Shown: positions 51,220 to 59,692 of the stretch, piece after piece
Layout of the letters: each line of letters opens with the position of its first letter
Numbering within the stretch: the stretch's first letter is position 1
From: an uncultured Acidobacteriota bacterium
Lineage (GTDB): Bacteria; Acidobacteriota; Vicinamibacteria; Vicinamibacterales; CAVVIG01
Direction of reading: 5' to 3'
NCBI GenBank assembly: GCA_963794705.1
Contig: CAWCFI010000003.1
Location: forward strand, 859,187 to 923,186
DNA: 64,000 bases
Translations under genes and position numbers: made by a program
Notes under the pieces: model-generated
Database searches by the model: none
What the model was told of the DNA's origin: nothing
The model's input: the letters and a program-made list of their open reading frames with translations, nothing else

Positions 51220-53643
51220 TCACGGATGCGGATTCGCCGCGAGACGCGACCGCAGCAACATCTGAAGATCGTCGGTCACGACGAGGCGCGACAGGTCGCG
51301 CGCGCGCCTGGCCCTGGCATCCTCTTCCGCGCACGCCGACGGATCGACGATCAGGTGGCGTCCGAGATCGTGGCAGGAGGATTGGCCGTCACCCGCGAGA
51401 AAGAGGTGAGTCGCGTCGAGCCAATCGCCGTACGGACGAGGCACCGGGCGATCCTCAACCGCGCCGAGCAGGTTGCGTCCGAGATAGGGCAGCGGTGCGG
51501 GATCTATCCCCAGCAGCGCAAGCAACGTCGGCGCGACGTCGGTCTGCCCGGCCGGCCGGCCGCGCGCGCCAGCGAGCGTCGTACCGTCCGTTTCCCCTCC
51601 AGCCCTTCCTGCCCCTCCCGCCCTTCCCGCCCTGATAAACAGCGGAATCCGATCGTTCAGCGTCCACGCCGCGCCGTCTGTTCCGATGCCGATGGTCCGC
51701 GCCAGCGACGCGTCGCGCGCAAAGCCGGCATCGTGATCGCCGAAGACGACCAGCACGCTGCTGTCGAGCAGCCCGTCTCGCGCGAGCGCGGCCTTGAAGT
51801 CTTCGAGCGCGGTGTCGAAGAAGCGCATGGTGTGGAGATAGTTGCCGAACGAGGTCCCTTCGAGCGCGCCGAGCTTCAGCACCTTGTGCGCGTCGGGAAA
51901 CGACTCGAACGGATGGTGGAGTGACAGCGTGATCAGCCACGCGGCGAAAGGCCGGTGCTGCTGCTCCAGCCGCGGCACCATCTGCTGGAGGAAATCGTGA
52001 TCGTTGAGCCCCCAGCCGATCTGCTCGGTCATCTGGAAATCGGGCTCGAACAGACTGTGCTGGAAGCCGTAGGCGGGGTGCATGACCTGCCGGTTCCAGA
52101 AGCCGGGCTCGAAGGCGACCGCCGAGAGCGTGGCGTAGCCGCGCTCGGCCAGGACCCGGGGCAGCGCGGCGTAGTGATTGCCGGGAAAGCGGAACGCGAC
52201 CGCGCCGTGATCGAGCGGCAGCAGCGACGTCAGCGTCGAGAACTCGGCGTCGGAGGTACGCCCTTCGCTCGTCTGATCCGTGACGTTGGTGAAGCGAAGG
52301 CTGTCGCCGCTCCAACGCCGCAGGTGCGGCATCACCTCCTGGCCGCCGATCGTGAAGTCGACCACGAAATCCTGGAGCGATTCCACCTGCACGACGATCA
52401 GGTTCTTGCCTTGCGCGGCGGCGAAGCCGGCGCCGGCGGCGCGCAGCGGCGCGCGCTCCTGCAGCCACGCCACCGCCTCGTCGACCTGTGCGGCAGTGGC
52501 CGGGCGGCGCAGCCAGGTGCCGCGCAGGTAATTCCAGGTGTCGTAGGCGTGGTAGCCGAACGGCCCGAGCTGTTCAACGACGGAGCGGGCGCGAAACATC
52601 TGATCGAGCGGCGTCGAGGTGAGCACGCGCGGCGCCGACAGCAGCAGCGCCGACAGCGCAAGCCCTGCGACTTCCACCACCATCACCCCGAATCGCCACG
52701 TGACCGCCACGGGCTCGTCTGTTTCGCGGGAGAGGCGCACCGCGAGCCAGGCCGCGAGGGGCCAGTCGACCACCAACCAGAACAGGCCCGGCGTGAACAG
52801 GCTGCCGATCGAGCCCCACACGTGGCCGGTCTGACGTGCCGCGAGCATCGCCGATGCTGAAAGTACGTCGCCGAAGAACCGGTAATAGACCACGTCGGCC
52901 AGGATCAGCGTCGAGCAGAAGATGCCGATCAACAGCAGCACCCACGGTCGGATGCGGCGAGGCACGATCAGCCACGCCATCTGCGGTACGAGGATCGCGA
53001 AGGCCAGAATCAGCCAATACGCCACGGCCGTAGGTTCGAGCAGCGCCTCGTGAGCCAGAATCAGCGGCTTCACCGCCAGCGTTGCGACGCACCACCAGAC
53101 GTCGCCGTCGGCCGATCGCCGCCCGAACAGCGCCACCAGAACGAGCAGCAACGGCAGCGGCGCGAAGATCCACGCCGGCGGAGGAACGACGACCACCAGC
53201 GCTCGCGGCTGGCGAGGCGCGACCTGCGCGAACCAGGTGACGCCCTCCTCCACCATGTCCCACTGCAGCCAGTAGACGCCCGGCCAGGCGGGCGCGAGGA
53301 TTCGCCCCTGCCGCGCCACCCGCGCGCCCGGAGCGATCGGCGCGTCGCCCAGATCGGTGCGGATCCCATCGTGGTACGGGACGGTGCGAGAGCGGTGCGC
53401 GAGCTCGCGCGGCACCAGCCACAGCCAGTGATACGAGAGGTGAATGCGCGCCGGATCCCACGAGCGATCGCCGATGTTGGCCACGGCCACCGGCACGGCG
53501 ACTTCCTGAGACGTCTGGAGCAGGCGCGGCGAGGCTGCGTCGAGGGAGAACGCCAGGTGATACGGCGGCTGGAGGCGGGGACCGCACGCCGAGGCGATCA
53601 GCGCGGCGCTGAGCGCCGCCGCCACCGCCCATCGTCTCGGCAC
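51220..53643 (-). CDS. LTA synthase / phosphoglycerol-transferase family sulfatase-fold membrane protein with extra N-terminal soluble module
   Basis: Sulfatase block NLIVVQVESLQ..TSDAEFSTLTSLLP..ITLSLHHPF..VVFGDHD..GQTDVAPTLLALLGI preceded by multi-TM region. Start taken at GTG 53643 (MPRRWAVAAALSAALIASAC); the ORF extends to 53829. Confidence 0.8.
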   Translation of the reverse strand: MPRRWAVAAALSAALIASACGPRLQPPYHLAFSLDAASPRLLQTSQEVAVPVAVANIGDRSWDPARIHLSYHWLWLVPRELAHRSRTVPYHDGIRTDLGDAPIAPGARVARQGRILAPAWPGVYWLQWDMVEEGVTWFAQVAPRQPRALVVVVPPPAWIFAPLPLLLVLVALFGRRSADGDVWWCVATLAVKPLILAHEALLEPTAVAYWLILAFAILVPQMAWLIVPRRIRPWVLLLIGIFCSTLILADVVYYRFFGDVLSASAMLAARQTGHVWGSIGSLFTPGLFWLVVDWPLAAWLAVRLSRETDEPVAVTWRFGVMVVEVAGLALSALLLSAPRVLTSTPLDQMFRARSVVEQLGPFGYHAYDTWNYLRGTWLRRPATAAQVDEAVAWLQERAPLRAAGAGFAAAQGKNLIVVQVESLQDFVVDFTIGGQEVMPHLRRWSGDSLRFTNVTDQTSEGRTSDAEFSTLTSLLPLDHGAVAFRFPGNHYAALPRVLAERGYATLSAVAFEPGFWNRQVMHPAYGFQHSLFEPDFQMTEQIGWGLNDHDFLQQMVPRLEQQHRPFAAWLITLSLHHPFESFPDAHKVLKLGALEGTSFGNYLHTMRFFDTALEDFKAALARDGLLDSSVLVVFGDHDAGFARDASLARTIGIGTDGAAWTLNDRIPLFIRAGRAGGAGRAGGETDGTTLAGARGRPAGQTDVAPTLLALLGIDPAPLPYLGRNLLGAVEDRPVPRPYGDWLDATHLFLAGDGQSSCHDLGRHLIVDPSACAEEDARARRARDLSRLVVTDDLQMLLRSRLAANPHP
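51594..51633 (-). repeat. 4.5 copies of the same 9-nt G-rich unit as at 16392-16500, in frame inside the LtaS-like gene
   Basis: The minus strand reads AGGGCGGGA AGGGCGGGA GGGGCAGGA AGGGCTGGA GGGG and encodes RAGRAGGAGRAGG. Confidence 0.8.
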
Positions 53644-53744
53644 ACCAGGTTCGATCAACGTGCCGGCATGCCGCGCCGCGCGACCATTCGATCGCCGGCG
53701 ATCAATACTGACGTTTTCATTATGCCGTCTCTCATGATAGCAGC

Positions 53745-54329
53745 GTGATAATGCCACCCATGCAAATCGAATTGTGGCGCCACATGTTCGTGCTGAGCCT
53801 GCCGATCGCCGAGAAAATCGTTCGGCCAATCCTGGTGTACGCGTTCCTGATTGTCGGGCTCCGACTCGCGGGCAAGCGCGAACTGGCGCAGCTCAACCCG
53901 TTCGATCTGGTCGTGCTGCTCACGCTCTCGAACACCGTCCAGAACGCGATCATCGGCGACGACAACAGCGTGACCGGCGGCCTGATCGGGGCCACCACCC
54001 TGCTGGTCGTCAACTATGTCCTGGTCCGGTTCGTGTCGAGTCACGAATCGCTCGAACGGTTCGTCGAAGGCGATTCCGATATGCTGATCGAAAATGGCCT
54101 CATCAAGCATGACTGCCTGAAGAAGGAAGCGATCACGGTCGCCGAACTGCTGGGCGCGGCGCACAAGCAGGGCTTCGCCTCGCTGGAAGAGATCGATAAC
54201 GCGGTGCTCGAGCCGAGTGGCAGCATCTGCTTCTTCGGCAAAAAGCCCGGGCCGGATACCATGCGGCATGACGAGATCATCCGTCGGCTCGATCAGATGG
54301 CCGCGCAGCTGGCAGCGCTGAAAGCATGA
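53745..54329 (+). CDS. DUF421 (YetF-like) membrane protein
   Basis: ILVYAFLIVGLRLAGKRELAQLNPFDLVVLLTLSNTVQNAI.. Alternative start ATG 53760 (MQIELW) is preceded by GATAAT (53747-53752) and 7 nt. Confidence 0.8.
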   Translation: MIMPPMQIELWRHMFVLSLPIAEKIVRPILVYAFLIVGLRLAGKRELAQLNPFDLVVLLTLSNTVQNAIIGDDNSVTGGLIGATTLLVVNYVLVRFVSSHESLERFVEGDSDMLIENGLIKHDCLKKEAITVAELLGAAHKQGFASLEEIDNAVLEPSGSICFFGKKPGPDTMRHDEIIRRLDQMAAQLAALKA

Positions 54330-55501
54330 TGACGTTCCGGAAGGAATCGCGGAGGCCGCAGGGCGCGCAAGGCATCGTGCGGGGACTGTTGGTGTTCGCG
54401 ATTTCTGCGGGGCTTACGTTGATGGTCGCGGCCCAGAGCAGGCCGCGGGCGCGCGATCTCGGCATCGTGATCGGCATCTACCCGAGCGGGGCGCGCGATG
54501 CCATCACCGACGTCGACGGGGTCCGGGTCGGACACACCACGATCGTCGAGGGCGATCGGGTGAGGACCGGCGTGACCGCGATCGTGCCGCATGGCGGCAA
54601 CGTGTTCCAGGACAAGGTCGCCGGCGCGGTCTTCGTCGGGAACGCCTTCGGGAAGCTGGCCGGCTCGACCCAGGTGAACGAGCTGGGCACGATCGAGACG
54701 CCGATCGTGCTGACCAACACCCTCAGCGTCGGCACCGCCATGGACGCGGTCGTCCGCTACACGCTGGCGCAGCCGGGCAACGAACAGGTGCGGTCGGTCA
54801 ACGCGCTGGTCGGAGAAACCAACGACGGCGGGCTCAACGACATCCGCGGGCTGCACGTCACCCGCGAGCACGTACTCGCGGCGATCACGGCGGCGACGGC
54901 CGGTCCGGTGGCGGAGGGCACGGTCGGTGCCGGCACCGGCACGATCAACTACGGCTGGAAGGGCGGCATCGGCACCGCTTCGCGGATGATCGCGGCGCAG
55001 CCTGGCGCCGCCGGCCGGGATTACACCGTCGGCGTCCTGGCCCAGACCAACTTCGGCGGCAACCTGACGATCGCAGGCGTGCCGATCTTCCGCAGCCTGC
55101 AGCCGCCGCGGGCGCGCACTGCCGCGGCCAACGCCGGTGACGGGTCCTGCATGCTGGTCGTGGCCACCGATGCGCCGCTCGACGCGCGCGACCTTCACCG
55201 GCTCGCGGCACGCGCCATTTTCGGCCTCGCCCGCACCGGATCCTCCTACAGCAACGGCAGCGGCGACTTCGCGATCGCCTTTTCGACGTCGCCCGAGATG
55301 CGCGTCCGATTCAACGAAACCGCGCCGCGTGCGCGCGCCATCCTGCCGGCCGAGGCGACCTCGCCGCTGTTCGAGGCCGCGCTCGAGGCGACGGAAGAAG
55401 CCGTCTACAATTCCCTGTTTCAGGCGACCACGGTCCGCTCGGCCAACGGCACGGCGGAAGCCATTCCGATCGAGCGCGTGCGCGAGCTGCTGAAACGCTG
55501 A
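54326..55501 (+). CDS. P1/S58 family peptidase (DmpA-like L-aminopeptidase/D-esterase)
   Basis: ITDVDGVRVGHTTI..TGVTAIV..TPIVLTN..GSCMLVVATDAPL..ARTGSSYSNGSGDFAIAFST. The ATGA overlaps the upstream gene. Confidence 0.85.
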   Translation: MMTFRKESRRPQGAQGIVRGLLVFAISAGLTLMVAAQSRPRARDLGIVIGIYPSGARDAITDVDGVRVGHTTIVEGDRVRTGVTAIVPHGGNVFQDKVAGAVFVGNAFGKLAGSTQVNELGTIETPIVLTNTLSVGTAMDAVVRYTLAQPGNEQVRSVNALVGETNDGGLNDIRGLHVTREHVLAAITAATAGPVAEGTVGAGTGTINYGWKGGIGTASRMIAAQPGAAGRDYTVGVLAQTNFGGNLTIAGVPIFRSLQPPRARTAAANAGDGSCMLVVATDAPLDARDLHRLAARAIFGLARTGSSYSNGSGDFAIAFSTSPEMRVRFNETAPRARAILPAEATSPLFEAALEATEEAVYNSLFQATTVRSANGTAEAIPIERVRELLKR

Positions 55502-55547
55502 CTACCGACCAACGACTAACGACCAACGACCAACGACCAATGACTAT
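55499..55547 (+). repeat. seven-unit heptamer array (CGACCAA type) spanning exactly from one gene's stop codon to the next gene's start codon
   Basis: TGACTAC CGACCAA CGACTAA CGACCAA CGACCAA CGACCAA TGACTAT. The TGA of unit 1 is the dmpA-like stop. ATG 55540 is formed at the unit 6/7 junction. Confidence 0.85.
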
Positions 55548-55968
55548 CTATCTGGCCTGTACCGTGCGCGGCGACCGCGGCGGCGTGCTCGCCGGGCGCG
55601 CGATTTGCGAGCGGCTGCAGCACAACGGCCACCGCGTGCTCACCACGCACCTGCTGGCCGACAACGTTGAGACTGCGGAGTCGCAGATCACGGAGGTCGA
55701 AGTGTTCCGGCGCGACCTCGAGTGGCTGGCCGCGTGCGACCTGCTCGTCGCGGAAGCATCGGGCTCCAGCTACGGCGTCGGGTTCGAAGTCGGCTACGTG
55801 CTCGGCCGCGCCGCCACGTCCGGTCAGCGGGTGATCCTGGTCTACGACACCGCCCGCCGCAACCAGGTCTCGCGCCTGATCACCGGCAACGACGCCGCCG
55901 CCTGCACCACCTTCGGCTACGGATCGATCGAGGAGCTGACCGCGTTCATCGACAAGACTGTCGGCTGA
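55540..55968 (+). CDS. 2'-deoxynucleoside 5'-phosphate N-hydrolase (DNPH1/Rcl-like, nucleoside 2-deoxyribosyltransferase superfamily)
   Basis: IYLACTVRGDRGG..RDLEWLAACDLLVAEASGSSYGVGFEVGY closely parallels the DNPH1 signature (IRGGR..DLEWL..AEV..LGVGYELG). Confidence 0.75.
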   Translation: MTIYLACTVRGDRGGVLAGRAICERLQHNGHRVLTTHLLADNVETAESQITEVEVFRRDLEWLAACDLLVAEASGSSYGVGFEVGYVLGRAATSGQRVILVYDTARRNQVSRLITGNDAAACTTFGYGSIEELTAFIDKTVG

Positions 55969-56001
55969 CGGCCTGCGGCGAGGCGGCCGTGGCCCGGCAG
56001 C

Positions 56002-57006
56002 ATGGACGAGGCGCGCGAATCGAGTTACGATCCGGAACTCTTGGCGACCAATGTATCGTCCCGCCTCATCACGCTTGCCGCGATCCGCGATGCCGCCGGC
56101 GCCGTCTACGACGCCGCGATCCGGACGCCGCTGATTCACGTCGAGTTGCCGGACGTCGATCTGTACCTCAAGCTCGAGGCATTGCAGCCGATCGGCTCCT
56201 TCAAGATCCGCGGCGCCTACAACGTCGTCCGGCAGTTGACGCCGGCGCAGTTGCAGGACGGCGTCTGGACGGTCAGCGCCGGCAACGCGGCCCAGGGCGT
56301 GGCGTTCGCGGCGCGCAAGGCGGGCGTGCGCTGTTCGGTGATGGTGATGGACACCGCGCCCGACACCAAGATTCGCGCGATCGAGCGGCTGGGCGCGTCG
56401 ATCGTGCGCGCCAGCTACGACGAGTGCTGGAAAACCGTCGAGGCGCATGCGTCCGATCGGATGAGCGGATATTTCGTGCACCCGTTCGACGACGACCGCT
56501 TCATCGCGGGCAACGCGACCGCCGGCCTCGAGATCCTGGAGGACCTGCCCGACGTCGCCGCCATCGTCGCGCCGCTGGGGGGCGGCGGCCTGCTGGCCGG
56601 CCTGGCCGCCGCGACGCGGGCCTTGAAGCCGGACACGCGGATCTACGCCGCGGAGCCAGACACGGCGGCGCCGCTGTCGGCGTCGCTCGCCGCAGGACGG
56701 CCCCTGTATTTCGACAACTGGACGGCCTCCTTCGTCGACGGCGCCGGCGGCAAGTCGGTGCTGACCACGATGTGGCCGCTGCTCGCGCCGCTCGCCGGGT
56801 CGATCGTCGTCTCGCTGGACCAGGTCTCGCGCGCGATGAAGCTGGCGGCGGAGCGGGCGCGGGTGATTGCCGAAGGCGCCGCCGGCTGCGCCATCGCCGC
56901 CGCGCTCAGCGGACGCGCCGGCTCCGGAAAAATCGTCGCCGTCGTCTCGGGCGGCAATATCGATCTCGCAAGGTTCGCCGCACTCATCGGCGCATGTGAC
57001 CAATGA
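56002..57006 (+). CDS. PLP-dependent threonine/serine dehydratase family enzyme
   Basis: LKLEALQPIGSFKIRGAYN (PLP lysine), SAGNAAQGVAFAARKAG, GGGGLLAG glycine loop. Confidence 0.8.
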   Translation: MDEARESSYDPELLATNVSSRLITLAAIRDAAGAVYDAAIRTPLIHVELPDVDLYLKLEALQPIGSFKIRGAYNVVRQLTPAQLQDGVWTVSAGNAAQGVAFAARKAGVRCSVMVMDTAPDTKIRAIERLGASIVRASYDECWKTVEAHASDRMSGYFVHPFDDDRFIAGNATAGLEILEDLPDVAAIVAPLGGGGLLAGLAAATRALKPDTRIYAAEPDTAAPLSASLAAGRPLYFDNWTASFVDGAGGKSVLTTMWPLLAPLAGSIVVSLDQVSRAMKLAAERARVIAEGAAGCAIAAALSGRAGSGKIVAVVSGGNIDLARFAALIGACDQ

Positions 57007-59153
57007 TTCCAGACGGTACCGCCCTGTTGCTCCCTGAACGCATCGCTCGACTGCACGACCTCGCCGGCGACCTGTGGTGGAGCTGGCACGCCGAAGCGCG
57101 CGAGGTATTCCGCCGTCTCGACTACGGCGTCTGGCGCTCGACGGCGCACAATCCGGAACGGATGCTGCGGCTGATCGCCCGCGACAAGCTCGAACAGGCG
57201 GCCGCCGACCCGGCGTTTCTGGGCATCTACGATCGCGCCATCACCGCGCTCGACGCCGCGCGCACCGCGCACAACACCTGGTGGACGAACACCATGCCGC
57301 AGTCGAGCGGCCAGACCATCGCCTACTTCTCCGCCGAGTTCGCGCTCCACCAGTCGCTGCCCATCTACGCCGGCGGCCTCGGCGTGCTCGCCGGCGACCA
57401 CTGCAAGGAAGCGAGCGATCTCGGGGTACCGCTGATCGGCGTCGGCTTCATGTACCCGCAGGGCTACTTTCACCAGCACATCTCCGCCGAAGGCTGGCAG
57501 GAAGAAAGCTACGAGCGCCTGAACTGGGCCGACGCACCGATCGAGCCGGCGCTCACACCCGACGGCAAGCCCTGCATCACCGCGGTGCCGCTCGGCGACC
57601 GATCGGTCCTGGTCGCGGTCTGGCGCGTCCTGCTCGGGCGCGTGACGCTGTACCTCCTCGACACCAGCCTCGAAGAGAACGCGCCGTGGGACCGCGAGCT
57701 CTCGGCGCGCCTCTATGGCGGCGACCGCGAAACGCGTATTCAGCAGGAGATCATCCTCGGCATCGGCGGCGTGCGCGCGCTGAAGATGCTCGGTCTCGAA
57801 CCAGGCGTGTTCCATCTCAACGAGGGGCATGCCGGCTTCGTGGTGCTGCAGCGGATCCACGATCTGATCGCGCGCGGCATCTCGTTCGACGACGCGCTCG
57901 CGGAAATCCGCAAGACGACGATGTTCACGACCCACACCCCGGTGCCGGCCGGACACGACGCGTTCCCGTTCAGCCTGGTCGAGAAGCATCTCGCCGGCTG
58001 CTGGGGCTCGCTGGGCGACAACCGCGAGCGGTTCCTCGCGCTCGGGTCGTACGACAATGGCGGCGGCATCCAGTTCAACATGACCGCGCTCGCCATCCGA
58101 TCGGCCGGCTCGACCAACGCCGTGAGCCAGCTTCACGGCGAGGTCACGCGCGCGATGTTCGCGCCGATGTGGCCGGACCTGGCCGAGGCGGACCGGCCGG
58201 TGTCGGCGGTGACCAACGGCGTGCACGTGCCGACCTGGATCGCCGGCGATCTCACCGACCTGTTCACCACCTACCTCGGCGCTGGCTGGATCGAACGCCA
58301 CGACGATCCGGCGCTCTGGGACGGCGTGCTCGCGATTCCCGACGAAGAGCTGTGGAGCGTCCGCCAGTCGCTGCGCGGCTATCTGTTCACGTTCATCCGC
58401 GAACGCGCCCGCCAGCGGTGGGTCGAGGAGCACGTCGGCATCCCGCGGGTGGTCGCTGCCGGCACGTTGCTCGAGCCGGAGGCGCTGACGCTCGGATTCG
58501 CGCGCCGCTTCACCGGCTACAAGCGCCCCGAGCTCGTCTTCCACGATCCCGATCGCCTGGCGCGGATCCTGAACGCCGCCGGCCGGCCGGTGCAGATCAT
58601 CTTCGCCGGAAAATCGCACCCGGCGGACGACATCGGCAAACATCACCTGCAGCGGGTCTACAAGCGCGCGCTCGATCCGCAGTTCGGCGGACGCATCGCG
58701 TTCGTCGACGACTACGACCTGCACGTCGCGCATTTCCTCGTCCAGGGTTGCGACGTCTGGCTCAACAACCCGCGCAAACCGCTCGAGGCGAGCGGCACCA
58801 GCGGCATGAAAGCGGCCATCAACGGCGTGCCGCACCTGAGCATCGGCGACGGCTGGTGGGCGGAAGGCTTCACCGGCGCCAACGGCTGGGTGATCGACGG
58901 CGCCGCGCCGGCGGACAACCCGGACGCCGTCGACGCCGCGGATGCCAACGCGCTCTACCGCCTGCTCGAAGAGGAGGTCGTGCCGGCCTTCTACGACCGC
59001 GACCGTTCGAACGTCCCGCACCGCTGGATCGCGACGGTCAAGGAAGCGATTCGCACGGTGGCGCCGCGGTTCTCGGCGCGCCGGATGGTCAAGGACTACG
59101 CGTCGCGCCTCTACACGCCCGCCCTGGAAAAGAAGTTAGAAGTGAGAAGTTAG
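57003..59153 (+). CDS. glgP: alpha-glucan (glycogen/maltodextrin) phosphorylase, alpha-glucan-family type
   Basis: YFSAEFALHQSLPIYAGGLGVLAGDHCK..TNGVHVPTW..GKSHPAD..EASGTSGMKAAINGVPHLSIGDGWW. The ATGA overlaps the upstream gene. The last codons lie in a heptamer array. Confidence 0.9.
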   Translation: MIPDGTALLLPERIARLHDLAGDLWWSWHAEAREVFRRLDYGVWRSTAHNPERMLRLIARDKLEQAAADPAFLGIYDRAITALDAARTAHNTWWTNTMPQSSGQTIAYFSAEFALHQSLPIYAGGLGVLAGDHCKEASDLGVPLIGVGFMYPQGYFHQHISAEGWQEESYERLNWADAPIEPALTPDGKPCITAVPLGDRSVLVAVWRVLLGRVTLYLLDTSLEENAPWDRELSARLYGGDRETRIQQEIILGIGGVRALKMLGLEPGVFHLNEGHAGFVVLQRIHDLIARGISFDDALAEIRKTTMFTTHTPVPAGHDAFPFSLVEKHLAGCWGSLGDNRERFLALGSYDNGGGIQFNMTALAIRSAGSTNAVSQLHGEVTRAMFAPMWPDLAEADRPVSAVTNGVHVPTWIAGDLTDLFTTYLGAGWIERHDDPALWDGVLAIPDEELWSVRQSLRGYLFTFIRERARQRWVEEHVGIPRVVAAGTLLEPEALTLGFARRFTGYKRPELVFHDPDRLARILNAAGRPVQIIFAGKSHPADDIGKHHLQRVYKRALDPQFGGRIAFVDDYDLHVAHFLVQGCDVWLNNPRKPLEASGTSGMKAAINGVPHLSIGDGWWAEGFTGANGWVIDGAAPADNPDAVDAADANALYRLLEEEVVPAFYDRDRSNVPHRWIATVKEAIRTVAPRFSARRMVKDYASRLYTPALEKKLEVRS

Positions 59154-59172
59154 AAGTTCGAAGTTACAATTA
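59131..59172 (+). repeat. heptamer array (AGAAGTT type) covering the glgP stop and the promoter of the next gene
   Basis: AGAAGTT AGAAGTG AGAAGTT AGAAGTT CGAAGTT ACAATTA. It contains the glgP TAG (59151-59153) and TACAAT (59165-59170), which lies 6 nt before ATG 59177. Confidence 0.8.
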
Positions 59173-59176
59173 AGGG

Positions 59177-59638
59177 ATGTCACGCAAGGCTGCTGTCGCC
59201 AAGACGCGGTGCGCGCTGTGCGGCGCCAAAGAGGTGTCGGAGCCGCGCGGCGAGGAACGGTACTGCCGCGACTGCTGGGACAAGAAGATCGCGGTCGAAG
59301 AGATCGTCGCGCGCGAGTTCGCCATCAAGCGCTACATCCGCGCCCAGAGCGCGGAGAAGTACCTCATCTACCACTCCACCCAGAAGCGTCCCTGCGGTCA
59401 GCTGATCGTGGTCGACGACGGCTACGACCTGTTCCTGACCCTGATGCTCTATCCGATGTTCGGCTGGGATGAGCCGGCCTACCACCTCGAGGGGGATCCG
59501 GAGGGCCGGCTGTTTTCCGAGATCCTGGTCGACGTGATCGCCGCCGAGGTGATCGAGCCCTGGGGCGGCGGCAAGTGGCATATGGAGATCTTCCGGTCGG
59601 TCGCGCCCGAGCCCGAAGACTGGAACGGGGAGATGTAA
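59177..59638 (+). CDS. hypothetical protein with N-terminal CxxC..CxxC zinc-ribbon
   Basis: MSRKAAVAKTRCALCGAKEVSEPRGEERYCRDCWDKK.. I recognise no family. The start has leaderless-type geometry. Confidence 0.55.
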   Translation: MSRKAAVAKTRCALCGAKEVSEPRGEERYCRDCWDKKIAVEEIVAREFAIKRYIRAQSAEKYLIYHSTQKRPCGQLIVVDDGYDLFLTLMLYPMFGWDEPAYHLEGDPEGRLFSEILVDVIAAEVIEPWGGGKWHMEIFRSVAPEPEDWNGEM

Positions 59639-59692
59639 TATAATTCCGCCGTTTTTGTCCTGTTTCTGCTTGTCCACTTCCGGGAGGAATTT

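Noticed and set aside
53690-53703. The 14-nt perfect palindrome GATCGCCGGCGATC in the LtaS/DUF421 divergent region as an operator.
   Set aside because: A GC-rich 7-bp-arm palindrome is expected several times by chance in 64 kb of this composition. There is no second copy or AT-rich context to support a function.
55499-55547. The idea that all heptamer arrays act as all-frame stop pads (a stop-containing 7-mer repeated three times presents a stop in each frame).
   Set aside because: The idea holds for the arrays at 59131 and 60169. In the CGACCAA array, however, all stop triplets (55499, 55517, 55541) fall in one frame, and the 14874 array covers only two frames, so it cannot be the general explanation.
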